The notes under the pieces: model-generated
Database searches by the model: none
What the model was told of the DNA's origin: nothing
What the model saw: the letters and a program-made list of their open reading frames with translations, nothing else
Program-made: the position numbers and the translations under genes
From: Selaginella moellendorffii
Lineage: Eukaryota; Plantae; Lycopodiophyta
Length of the DNA: 64,000 nt
Direction: 5' to 3'
Assembly: GCF_000143415.4 (NCBI RefSeq)
Contig: NW_003314407.1
Location: 239,748 to 303,747 of the forward strand
In this document: one piece after another, positions 50,303 through 61,818 of the stretch
Layout of the letters: every line of letters starts with the position of its first letter
Position numbering within the stretch: position 1 is the stretch's first letter

Positions 50303-52785
50303 AAATTTAGTAGAGTTGAAAGGTTCCTGCCAGTATTTTGCCATGAAGAGCACAGATAAGAGCGTCATAATCAGCAGAAACAATGTGATATTTCTGACTT
50401 AAAACTTGCACTGATCTTTTGAACAGGTTAATTGCGCATGTGCTGAAAGAGAGATTCAGGAATTGATCTTGCTTTCTAAATTGACTTTTCCTTGCAGATT
50501 ACGACTCATGTTTGCTTAGCAAAAGACTTTTATCCTGCAGGGGAACTCTTCAAAAGGAGAAACAACCACTAAAATACGTTGATCAAGCTCCCCAAACCAG
50601 TGTACAAGTAGCATTTATCTTTGTTTGGTTTTGTACTTGTAAGATCCAGTTTTAACTGAGTTTTTTCTCTTTTCCCTCCAATTGCAGCGGATTGCCATGA
50701 GCATCAAGTGCAGAGCCTAGGATCTGCGTTGGCTGGCTCTGGGATCACATTGCCTCTAGATTTTTGCGATAGTGCCATTTTTTTGTTTTGTTGTGTGGAT
50801 CAACTGCTAAGGCGTTCTTAAGGTGTCAGAGGATGATTATTCAGTGAGTGTGAGACAGATGAGCAAGAAAAACGGAAGCGCCTTCACAAGCATTGGTTCC
50901 AAGAGCAGACACACCAAAAAAAAAAAAAACTCTGGCATTTACATTATCTGGAGATGAGGTCAGACACACACCTACAGCTTACCCCTGCATTTGCAAAAGC
51001 CCCATTGGAAATGGCGACAAGAAATGTGTCAAATAGCACAAGAGAACGATACAACTAACTTCCAAAACAATCATTCATTCATATGTAGGCCTTTGATGTT
51101 TTGAAAAAAATGAGAGATGAAAACAAGAATAGAAAGAAAGAAAGAAAGAGAAAAAAAAAACCAAGTTTTGAAAAGCTGTGTCTTGAAAGCTTCCACTCCT
51201 TTTAAAGAAATACACACTCAAATATATCAAAACATTCTCCCAATTTTACAAAACACTTCAAAAACTTATCTGCCACCTTTTGCAAGCATTATATAACCCC
51301 GTCCCCTATTTAAGTCGTCTGCAAAGGATTTATCTCCTCGACCGTTCGAAATTGGATTTCCAAGCCGCGCCCCCGGGGCAGCATCGGCCCCGGGGGACGG
51401 CGCTCGCGTCATGTGTTCTCGGGGGAGCACGGGGCCCCCCTAACCTTAATCAGGTAACAGCTGAGGAGGTAGAGAGCACCGCATCTATATGAAAAAAGAT
51501 CCTTGTTACAACCACCAAACTCCTGTGCCGTCTGCAAAGCAGTGCTTAGATCCCAGTAAATTCGACAAGCTACCAGCAGACTCTCTCACTCCTCTTGCCC
51601 AGCATCCCCTTGGAATCCTTCAGCTTCCCGGGCCTTGCAAACACATGCTGCTGAAGCGATCTGCAGTGAGATTCAAGCCATGGCTGCAGACTCCAAGAAC
51701 TGCCACACGTTCACGAAAGCGATCTCCTCCTATTTCAAGGCCATGGCATGGAAGAGCTCTAGAGCTTCCCGTCCTTGTCATTTGCATGTAAAAACCTCTG
51801 AAAACATAACGGAAGAAGTAGAAATCTATCGTTTATAAAGTTAATTTGTAGTTTATAATTTTATCAACTGACTTTGAAAAGGTAGAACTCACCCAGCCAG
51901 CATATAATTCCCTTCACTTCCAACTCCCACTGCTCAAAAAGCCACTACAGATGCCCATCAATAGTCAGCATGATTGGCTCTTAAGAAAATAAGATTTCCA
52001 TTTTACCTAGGCAGTTGAAAGCCTAAGTGAGGTTTCTGGCTGCACATTCTTTTTGTTCTAAAAAACTCGATATATCCTTAAAACAGTACATACCATCAAA
52101 TCGATGATTGAGTTGTGCTGGAAATGATCACAGCTTATCCAAGGATCCAGCAAAAAACAAAGTTGCTTCTAAAGTTTCACAACATGGACTTCATATCTTG
52201 TAGTGGTGCATGATATTCAGTTACCAGAAAAACACAAACCCAGTAACTAATACTTGTATACATGCCCTCTAGGCTCTGTTGTCTCCCAGCTTGGCTGAGG
52301 TATTGCACCATACTTTTCACAGAAAAAAAAAATGTTTCAGGAACGGCCATCCCACTCGAATGGAGAATACATACTTGTATTCCAATTGGAATTCCATCTC
52401 TTTGCAAGAGTGAAAATAGGACTGCTATCAGTGACAAGATTGTAAGACTTTAGAAACAAATGATCAGCAAGCAGTGTAAAAATGAACAGTGAACAGTTGT
52501 TTGTAATGATTATGATACCCATGTGTCTTTAATTGGAAAGATTAGAAATGAATTTGATTGGTGTGTGGTCATAGAATAGGTTGCATTCAAAAGACCACAC
52601 TTGAAACTCAATTAGAAAATAAAATTGTGTCGTGACAGGGCATTATGCATCTAGGTATATGTGTGCTCAACAAAACGACACCAGACTATATGTTACACAC
52701 GTTTCTTTAGTTGCACTGTTTCTGAATCTCTGTAACTTTTGCATTCTCAAACTGTATCATTGAGTGCTTGAAGGCCCACATAAGG

Positions 52786-55500
52786 ATGGGAGGGGACGAA
52801 GAGCTCACCGCCAGAGGCATCAATCCCTGTCTGATTCTAAACAAGTCCACCAATTTTGGAAAGAAAAGAGCTGGTGTTGCCGGCAACCAGTACAAGAAAC
52901 CTAAGATCGGGTGCATGCCTGCCGACTTTCTTGAGTTTTTCCCAATTCAGGGGGATGCCGCACAGAATGATAAAACAGTTGTTTGTACACAGCAGCCAAG
53001 ACAATGTTCCCAGTTTTGGAAAGCAGGAAATTACGATGGTTCTAACGCACAAACAATGTCAGGTCCTTGCTCATTATGACTGCTTTTTAAGGAAGTAACT
53101 CATTACGTGGTTTTGTAGCTGGAATGGACCACGTACGAATGCATCCCAAATTCCTTCATTCTAACGCAAGAAGCCACAAGTGGGCTTTTGGTGGTAATTC
53201 AAATAGGCATATCACTGTTCCTCTTTTCTTTCTAATGCATGATCTTACACTTTTTGCAGCAATAGCAGAGCTGCTTGATAATGCACTCGACCAGACAACA
53301 AATGGAGCGACATTTGCCAACATAGATGTTCTCAAGAATCCAGTTAATGGCACGCCAATGCTTCTGTTTGAAGGTTTGTAAGACTTTTTTTTTTTTTCCC
53401 TTTTTTCTTTCTTTATGCAAGTAACATTGTATTTGTTAATTTAGACAATGGTGGTGGAATGACTCTTGATCATTTGCGACAATGTATGCCCTTTGGGTAT
53501 TCTGTAAATGACACAGCCAGTAGAACAATTGGACAATGTAAGTGCCATCTTTTTTTTTACATTTTTTAATATTATTTATACTACCAGATGGAAATGGTTT
53601 CAAAACAAGTACAATGCGCCTTGGTGCAGATGTCATTGTATTTTCAAAATCAAACATTGCAGTAGGTGACAGGTATAAGAGTTGACTGCCATATTTTTCG
53701 CCACTTTATTTAACATTGTGTACAGATTTATTCAAAGTGTGGGATTACTCTCTTATAGCTTTCTCCGTGATACAGTGCAGCAAGATATTATAGTTCCAAT
53801 GGTTTTGAGTGGATAAATTCTCTTAGATGTGTATTCATCACATTGTTCATATTTGCAGCTGGATTATGAAGGATATGGGCTTGAGTTAAAAGAGATCCAT
53901 AAATGTACACATCAAGATTGGAAAATTCGTATGGACGTAATCACTAAATGGAGTCCTTATCAAAATGAAGAATCTATTCATAGCCAAGTAGGTACTCTAG
54001 ATCAATAATCTTAAGTTATGTGTCTCTACTATTCAAGTTCAAGAAAATTAATGACCAAGGGACAAGAATAATTATCTATAATCTTTGGGAGAATGACGAG
54101 CAACAAATTGAACTAGACTTCAAATCTGATCCTCATGTATGTTTTATATTTTAAAATTTTACTTTTCTGACACCCATCAAGGATATCTGAATTAGAAACG
54201 GTCGACATGACATACATTGTGAAATGGCAAACAAATATTCCAGTATTAAGCACTTTTTCCTGTACAAAAGTTCTCTACGGGTAAGAAAAAATTTAAAATA
54301 CACTTTCTCATCCACTCAGGTTTGCAGGTATATATTTCAATGTTGTATTTGCATCTACCAGAAAACTTCAAGATCACTCTTCGAAATCAAGAAGTTAAAC
54401 ACTCTGACATAAGGAGTGATGCAATGCATATAGAGCAGTTTAATTTCAAGTTTCAAAATGATTTAAAAGTAGTTGTCCCCATTATTAAAATTTTCTTTGA
54501 TATTTATTCAACTTTGAATGTAGATGTCTGCAAAAGTACACTTTTGGTACACACAACAAATAGATATACAAGGATTTAATGTCTACCACAAAAACCGACT
54601 TATTAAGGTAACCAATCATTCAAAAAGATCATTTTTCTCATTTAATATATGACAGCCCTTTTGGAAAATATGGAATTCATCACGAAAACAAGGGCGAGGT
54701 GTCTATGGCAAGTTTTACTATTCTACTATTAGTCTTTGATACATTCTTTAAGGTTATTTAGGAGTTTTGGAAGCAAACTTTGTGGAGCCCACTCATGATA
54801 AACAAGGTTTTGAAAGAACACCTATTGTTCAACAATTAGAGTATCAACTGCAAATCATGCAGAAAAGATTATGGTTGGCTTGTTTGTTTATACCTTTTTA
54901 CTAAGTTCTTTTTCTACACAGGAAGGACTTTCAGAAAAAGCAGACCGATAGACCAGTTGCTGATGTTGCTTTTGCTACCGAGAAGAAAAACATGATGCAT
55001 AAAGAAAAAACTTTATACCAGTTTCAGAATGAACAACAAATAGAACATCTTCACGGTAGAACCTTTTAACACAAGAATGATGTTTCTTTGCTAAAATATA
55101 TTCACAATGCTAATCATTGTCCTTAGATTGCGAGGACACAGAACATTTTCAAAGAAAAGCAAAGAAGGGATCGGAATCTCACTTTGCTAATGAAATAGAT
55201 AAGGTATTTGGTGTAAATTTGTGAGAAACATAACTTAAATTTAAGCTAACTCAAAATCTGATGATTTCCAGAATGTAAAATCACAAATGGCAGAGTTTCT
55301 ATTTAGAAAAAAAACAGACACTGAGATCACCTCCACACTGAAAGATGCTCAGCCAATACATAACTTCCCTAAACTAGCTACATTGAGGAAACTATCACTG
55401 AAGTACGTATGAATTGTATCTATTACTGACTTCAAATTTCCATTTCAGAGCGGAGGCACATCTAAACATGGCAGTTGCTGAAAATCCAAAAGAATGTACT
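52786..55500 (+). pseudogene. MORC: MORC/CRT1-family GHKL ATPase gene, probably disabled; 3' end approximate
   Basis: CSQFWKAGNY, DHVRMHPKFLHSNA.SHKWAFGAIAELLDNALD, DNGGGM, GNGFKTSTMRLGADVIVFS, GTRIIIYNLWE, QGFNVYHKNRLIK, GVLEANFVEPTHDKQGFERT. Apparent in-frame TGA at 54188-54190. Confidence 0.85.
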
Positions 55501-57763
55501 TGATCTTCCTCTAATCCCTCTCAGATGATTTTGTATTTTTTGAGCTGTATTTGTTATTATTACAGATTCAACAGCTGAACGGAATGATAAGTCTTATCAA
55601 GCAGTGGGCTATTCAATGAGCATGACAAATATTAAAATGAGATTGAGAAAAAGGAAAAACATCGTGTCTTACAGATATTAAAAAATAGATTGAGAAAAAA
55701 AGTTTTAAACTATACTATGGTCCTCTCATCATTAATTAGAATGATGGTATAAAACAAATTTCAAATTGTCAGAAAATAAACTAAATAAATCCAAATAATA
55801 CAGCTCATCCAGCCGAACCAGATAGCAGCCCCCATGGAAGAGGAAGTCCATGTACGTATGGACGAGCTCCACCTGTGTAACAGACCACACGACATAGTTC
55901 CTCTCCTCAGGTGAGTGTGAAGGGTTTGGATTTGGCACACCAGCTTCTGCTTTAAAGGCAAAACCCAGCAGCAAACTTTGTTGAAAGGGAACCAATTTCT
56001 TAGCTTTGACAAAGTAGCACTGGCTTTTGCACCGTAATTTTTAAATATTACAGCTCTTCAACGATGGTTTGCAATAGTTCCCATTACTCTACTTGGTAGA
56101 TAGAAATATTGCTCTGCTGAATTACAATCATTTGGAACCTGCATAAAAAAAGGCTTACACTTGACTTTTGTGTTTCTGGATTACACAACATCAACTTCTA
56201 GCATACAAGACAAGCATTCTTTGTGCAAAAAAATCATCCAGCACAAGACCATTATCACAGTCATACACTAGAAACCATGAGGAAACCAGGAGGAAGAGCG
56301 ATACAGTATGAAAGAAAATGCGAGATAACTGACACAGTTCAAGCAGTGTACATGGATGGGAGCGGAAGAGGTGCAGCAGTACAAGGACTACCGTCCACAA
56401 CAAGCCATACAGTTAGCAACAGCAATTTTGCATGATTGTTTATGTCTGGTGCTGCTACAGGTCGAGCATTTGACACGGGGTACCAGGGTAGTGGAGTAGA
56501 CTTGCTTTATGATGCCCGACTGAATTTTCACGTACCGTTTGTCTCTTCCAGCTTAACGGCTGGGGTAGGACGAGGGTGGTTCGAGAGTTACATCGGAATC
56601 AGGTGTGGATCTTTTACTTGTCGCTGGGTTCTAACACCTGTTATCTTCAGCCTTTAGATTTTTTGAAAAGGTTTCCTTAACCGTGTAAGACAAGCACCGG
56701 GAAATGGAGATTACACAGGCCATCTCACATGCATGCCCTACTGTCTGGCTTATTGGATCGCATGCTTTGAGCAGCTGGTTGGAGCTGGTTGGATTCGTCT
56801 GATTTTCAGACGAAGAATCAGATAAAAAAAGAAAGAAAAGGAAAGTGTTTTTCCTGGGAGTTGTTTCCCTTCGCACACACTTGCCATATAAAAGCTTAAG
56901 AATGCATCAAGTACAAATAAACGAAGATCAAACTGTTTCGCTATGGATCAAAATGGTGTTCAGTAGTTGCATTCATAACCAGCAAGTGTAGCTGGAATTC
57001 GAGTGTTGGAAGATGCATCAGACACAATTTTGTGCTTATCTGGACGCAATCCGTTTCCATGGGCGTTGTAATCCTCTTTGGTCCTTATAACCTTGGTAAC
57101 AAAAGGGAAAGACCTAGAAAAACGCCTGTGACTAGACATGACCATACTGTGTCGGTTCTCTGTGATTTTCAAGTCATGGAACTCCATCACCAGCGATTCA
57201 TCCTTTTGCCGCCGGCAGAATCAGGATAGTAAAGCAAAGATTCCTTGCGTGTTATGACTACCTTCTTGGATGTGACGCGCTGCGCCTGGGATCCATTATG
57301 GGCGAACCACTTTGAGAAGTTTACAAAACCTTCACAGAACGTTTATGTCTCTGCTTCTGCAGGTGGCTTGGGATGAATCGACAAGGCCACGATTCCTTTA
57401 AGTTTTCTAGAGCACTTGCTGGTGGGAAAGAGGAGCCGTGTATTGCCACAGTTGTTATTAAACATGAAAATCGGTAGATCGTGGGAAGGGCTTTTGGCCG
57501 GTAGTGTAGAATCAGATTTTTTTTAAAAACAATGAACAAGAACTTAAGTTTTTCAAGAAGATAAACTACTTTTGCCACTAACTCTTCTGGAGAGGGAGGA
57601 GGAAGATAAAGTCGTAATCTTTTTTCCCCACTAATACAAGAATAAATTTTATTATTTCAACCAATGCATATGCATCAAGGCAGTGATAACAACGTTGCCA
57701 ACGGTTTGATAAATGTGAACATTAGATAGCAGATATCACGGAGAAACCCTATCGTGAACAATC

Positions 57764-59585
57764 ATGAAGTGCACAGATGATGGGATCAGAAGGGTCAAAG
57801 AAAATTCGAAAGAGGAACTCGTGTTGCGTGTGACGAATATAGATTCAAAGCCTGGTGCTCTGACCAAGAAGTTCTCTGTCACGGATGACAGAGAAATACT
57901 CGAGGCAATTGCATCACACCGAGTTTCAAGTTTAATAGATTCATGTGGTGCCCGTCTGAATTCGTTTGTAAAATTCCTAGACTACGCGTTCCTTGAGACA
58001 AATGGGAAACAGTAAGTGTATTTTCCTTTTGACAGAGCATTTTAAACACCAAAATATTCTGTAGGTCATTGATTGTTTCGGATGCATGCTTCCTGGATGG
58101 TGGAGTATGGAAGCGCACACACTCAAACCCTATCCTTCAAGATATGAAAGTGGTAAATCCTTTCTTTGGTTTTAATTCTAAAATAACTGCTACAATTGAA
58201 CTTGCCAGGGACAAAAACGAGCCCAGGAGTCCATGGAAAAGGTATTTCACGTCTTAACCAGTTTATTCAATTTGTTCCCTTTGATACAGGGAGAGAGCTC
58301 AAAAAAGGCCGTCATAAAAGAGGTGTTCATCAAAGAAATCAGTGACCGTTCTTACAGGTGATCCTTCCGTGCAAGAGTCACACACAAGAACAAGTTGATA
58401 CATTTCAACACGAAAAGATCTGGACGCATAATGTCATTTGACGTTGTCGATGTCCAGGGAACAGAGATTAGAATTATTGGCTCCGACGATTGTGCCTTGG
58501 TTTTGTCAGATAAGATTGTACAGGGTACAGTGTATTCATTTTCTGGTAGTGGTGGAATACGACGTTCCAATCAGGCATACACACCATTTGAAGTGACATG
58601 GGAGATTCAGGCTAACAAAGGTATGGAGTTTACAGCTTTGGATGAGGATGCAACGTTCCCAAGAATTGTCTTGGCAAAAACAAGCATATTAAGTGCGTGT
58701 CAGAAGGAAAGGGACTCTTTTGTCGATGTGGTTGGTATCGTAATATGGATCGGTACAATTACAGTAACATCTCGTGACAGTGGAACTTTTGTGAAGAAGA
58801 GAACATTGTGTCTAGGTGATGATTCAGGCCACAGTGTTGATCTATGTCTCTGGGATTTAAAAGCAGAAGAAGAGGGCTCATATATACAGGAGCGGATAGA
58901 CAGTGGAGTTCAGCCAATAATATGTGTCAAGGGTGGAAAGGTATCGGACTACAATGGTAAATCACTTTCAGCAATTGGTGTGAGCACCATTCTTATTGAA
59001 CCGGAAATGGAAGCAGTGGCTGATTTGAGAGAATGGATGACATTGTACTACAATGTCACTAACTTCATACATTTGAGCACTTCATCATCCAGACAGACTG
59101 TTAGCTGCACCACTACTTTATCAGAGATATCAAACATGCAGTTAAAGGTGTTAGAGAGTTCCCCTATCTATAGAGTGATAGCTACTGTGAAGGAAATGAA
59201 GACAGATGAGTTTTACTATAATGCATGCATCAATGTCTTGAATGCACGGCAATGTGGCAAAAAAACTACCCGAACAGCAGATGGTTGGTTCTGCAGTTAT
59301 TGCAATATTGAGTCTGCCAACATGGAGTTCAAGTATGCTCTAAAGATGTGCATCGAGGATAGTAGCAGTCATGTGTGGGCCATTGCATTTCAAGAGGCTG
59401 CACAGGAAATAGTGGGAATGTCAGCAAAGGAACTAGCTACAATGCGAGATGAGAACTACCCTGCATTCTCACTACTTATCGATGGTATCCGCTCAAAGAT
59501 TTACAAATTCAAAATCTGGAGCAAGCTTGAAAAATACCAAGACATGGAGAAGCTAAGGTTCTATATACTTGGACTTGACACCTAA
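57764..59585 (+). CDS. RPA1: RPA70-like ssDNA-binding protein (multi-exon)
   Basis: N-terminal OB-like exon, then FDVVDVQGTEIR, FVDVVGIV, L.DDSGHSVDLCLW, KVSDYNGKSLS, zinc finger YYNAC..CGKK..WFCSYC and AFQEAAQEIVGMSAKEL. Confidence 0.88.
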
Positions 59586-60412
59586 GGTATGCAGATTCCA
59601 TTCTAATCTTTTACACGTTGATATATTTATCTGTGTTTTGTTTTGTAGTTACATGGAACTTGCAAAAACAAATAAAATAAAACACACCTCCTAGCAAACA
59701 TCAGCTCTGTTTGATGGTTATCTGTAGCAAGAAAGGAATATCAAGATACAAAAACTAAAAAAGGGAAAGAACAACAACACATGATTCTCAAGTGGACAAT
59801 AAATGACAAATGCACCAACTGTATCAGAATTTAGCATGTTATAATGAACAAACACATAGTCCACCAGAAAATACAGTCATTTATACTTCAATACACATCA
59901 CTTGCTTGCAGATGCAAAACCAGCAATTCTATACCAAAAATCCCTTTACCATACCATCCCATTAACTGCTCTTACCTCTGGAATGCCCAAATAATATACC
60001 AAATTGAGGAATATGATTGAGCCACCTCTTCATGTGTTGAATAATTCTTTTAAGCTTTGAGTCCAAGCTTGTATTATTCTATTCCAGTTAAACATTTAAG
60101 AAATAGTGTTTGGTTGCAATCACTAAGTAAAAACTAAATAAACCAAGTGCTTGTTACATATTGAACTAAAGCAAGTTTTAATAAATTGTTTTCTTTTTTG
60201 GATTAACATCTAACTATCCCAGCGGAGCTGGGTTCCCTGCTAGTTGTAATGTTTAAGAGACATTGGAGTACAAATATTCCTAACTGATTCTTGAGATAAT
60301 CCCGCATCAGCATTGAGACGTCATCTATAGTCGTCCAAGCAAAAGCCATTCTCTTTATTGTTTCATATGTTTATTTGGGATCTTACAATGGGGCATTGAT
60401 AGAAACATTTTA

Positions 60413-61324
60413 TTAAAACAAGCAAACTTTTTTGGAAGCCCACATTTCGTATATCCATGGTTTAATATGGAATTGCTTTTGATAACTTGCAAATAAAATT
60501 AAATTACAATCATTTTGAAGTATTAGATATGAATTTACAAAACAATTTTTAGTTTTACAATTTGTACCTGATGCCCATAAAGATTTTTCATTCTTTTCAT
60601 ATAAAACTAGATTACCATCTTCCTGGAGCCTCAACTTACAATTTGTACCTCTATTTGCAGTTTTAGTAGACCATAATATAAGATTTTTGTAATATAATAT
60701 TAAATTACAAATGCTATTGAGATATAAATGTGCTTTTCCATTTGGGGAAACTAAAAAAAAATTTGCTGACAAATACTGATGTGGCATATTGATATAGCCA
60801 CTTATTAATGTACTAAGAAAAATATTACATTTAATCATGTTACCAACTGAAGTTAGTAATTCAGGTCTACGAGGAATATAGTTTCTTATCATATATTGAA
60901 AAGCATAATGTTCAGTTATAACAGTAACATAAGAAGCAGCAACATTTACTATTTGACCATAAGCTTCTTCCAAAAGTGCACCTAAGTCACCTCTTATAAC
61001 AGATCCAGGATCAGTACCACCAGCTGCATTCATTGCACATTTTGCAAATGATCGTTCAACTCTGCTATAAATCCAAAGACTAATAGAAATAGTTGTACTA
61101 GTTCCATCGTCATGTTCAAGTACAGCTGTACCATCTTGTCTTTGACCTCTTGGATAATTATCATTGGTTATGACAGCAATCATTCCTCCAATACCATTTA
61201 AAATCGCACGAACAGAGTCGTCATCTAATGCATTTAACTCACCATAATCAATTTGATAAGAGGATTGTACTTGTGAAAAAAAACTAGATAATAAAAATAA
61301 ATTAAAAAAATAAATAAAATTCAT
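60413..61324 (-). CDS. Secreted unknown-domain + GNA lectin protein (paralog of 1067-1954)
   Basis: Signal peptide MNFIYFFNLFLLSSFFSQVQS, LQEDGNLVLY, LQNDCNLILF. The N-terminal domain aligns with the first copy. Confidence 0.85.
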   Translation of the reverse strand: MNFIYFFNLFLLSSFFSQVQSSYQIDYGELNALDDDSVRAILNGIGGMIAVITNDNYPRGQRQDGTAVLEHDDGTSTTISISLWIYSRVERSFAKCAMNAAGGTDPGSVIRGDLGALLEEAYGQIVNVAASYVTVITEHYAFQYMIRNYIPRRPELLTSVGNMIKCNIFLSTLISGYINMPHQYLSANFFLVSPNGKAHLYLNSICNLILYYKNLILWSTKTANRGTNCKLRLQEDGNLVLYEKNEKSLWASGTNCKTKNCFVNSYLILQNDCNLILFASYQKQFHIKPWIYEMWASKKVCLF

Positions 61325-61587
61325 AATTAGTAATATATAGTACTAAGATTTTATTATAGTAATTTTCTTGACAACCCCCTTATCCCATATCCATATATAT
61401 GTAGTATTAGCTTGTATTTTAACCTTTTATACAATCATTTAAGTAACATAAAAAAGTGGTGTAATCCTTGAGAATTGCGTCATTATTAAACGACAAAGGC
61501 GGGGAAGAAGGCGGGAAGCTCTCCGGCGGAAGTCTAAGAATATAAAAATGTCCCAAACTAAACTTAACTTGGACTCAAGCCTCGCCA

Positions 61588-61716
61588 CTAAGTGCTTGGA
61601 ACCGCAAATGCAGTGAGCTCGTCAGGCTTGATGCCATCAAGCACCATGAGCTGGAAGAAATGAAATGAATCTTCCATTAGACCATTCTGGACATACGCCT
61701 GGATCATAGAATTATC
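61588..61716 (-). pseudogene. PPR motif fragment
   Basis: Minus strand reads NSMIQAYVQNGLMEDSFHFFQLMVLDGIKPDELT then stops. Confidence 0.6.
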
Positions 61717-61818
61717 GAATGAAAAACGTTGCCAACCTCTGCACAAGCCAGCGGCCGTCCCATAGGTATGTCAACCTAAGAAGTTCCCACTGTTTTCAGT
61801 GGCTTCACGGAATATGTT

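Larger units (their letters stand above)
51484..60243 (+). mobile_element. Probable non-autonomous Helitron with captured genes (5' end tentative)
   Basis: 3' hairpin CCCAGC-GGA-GCTGGG (60218-60232), 7 nt, then CTAG|T (60240-60244). Candidate 5' end A|TCTATAT at 51484. Internal RPA70 gene, a known plant Helitron cargo. No RepHel ORF seen. Confidence 0.65.
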
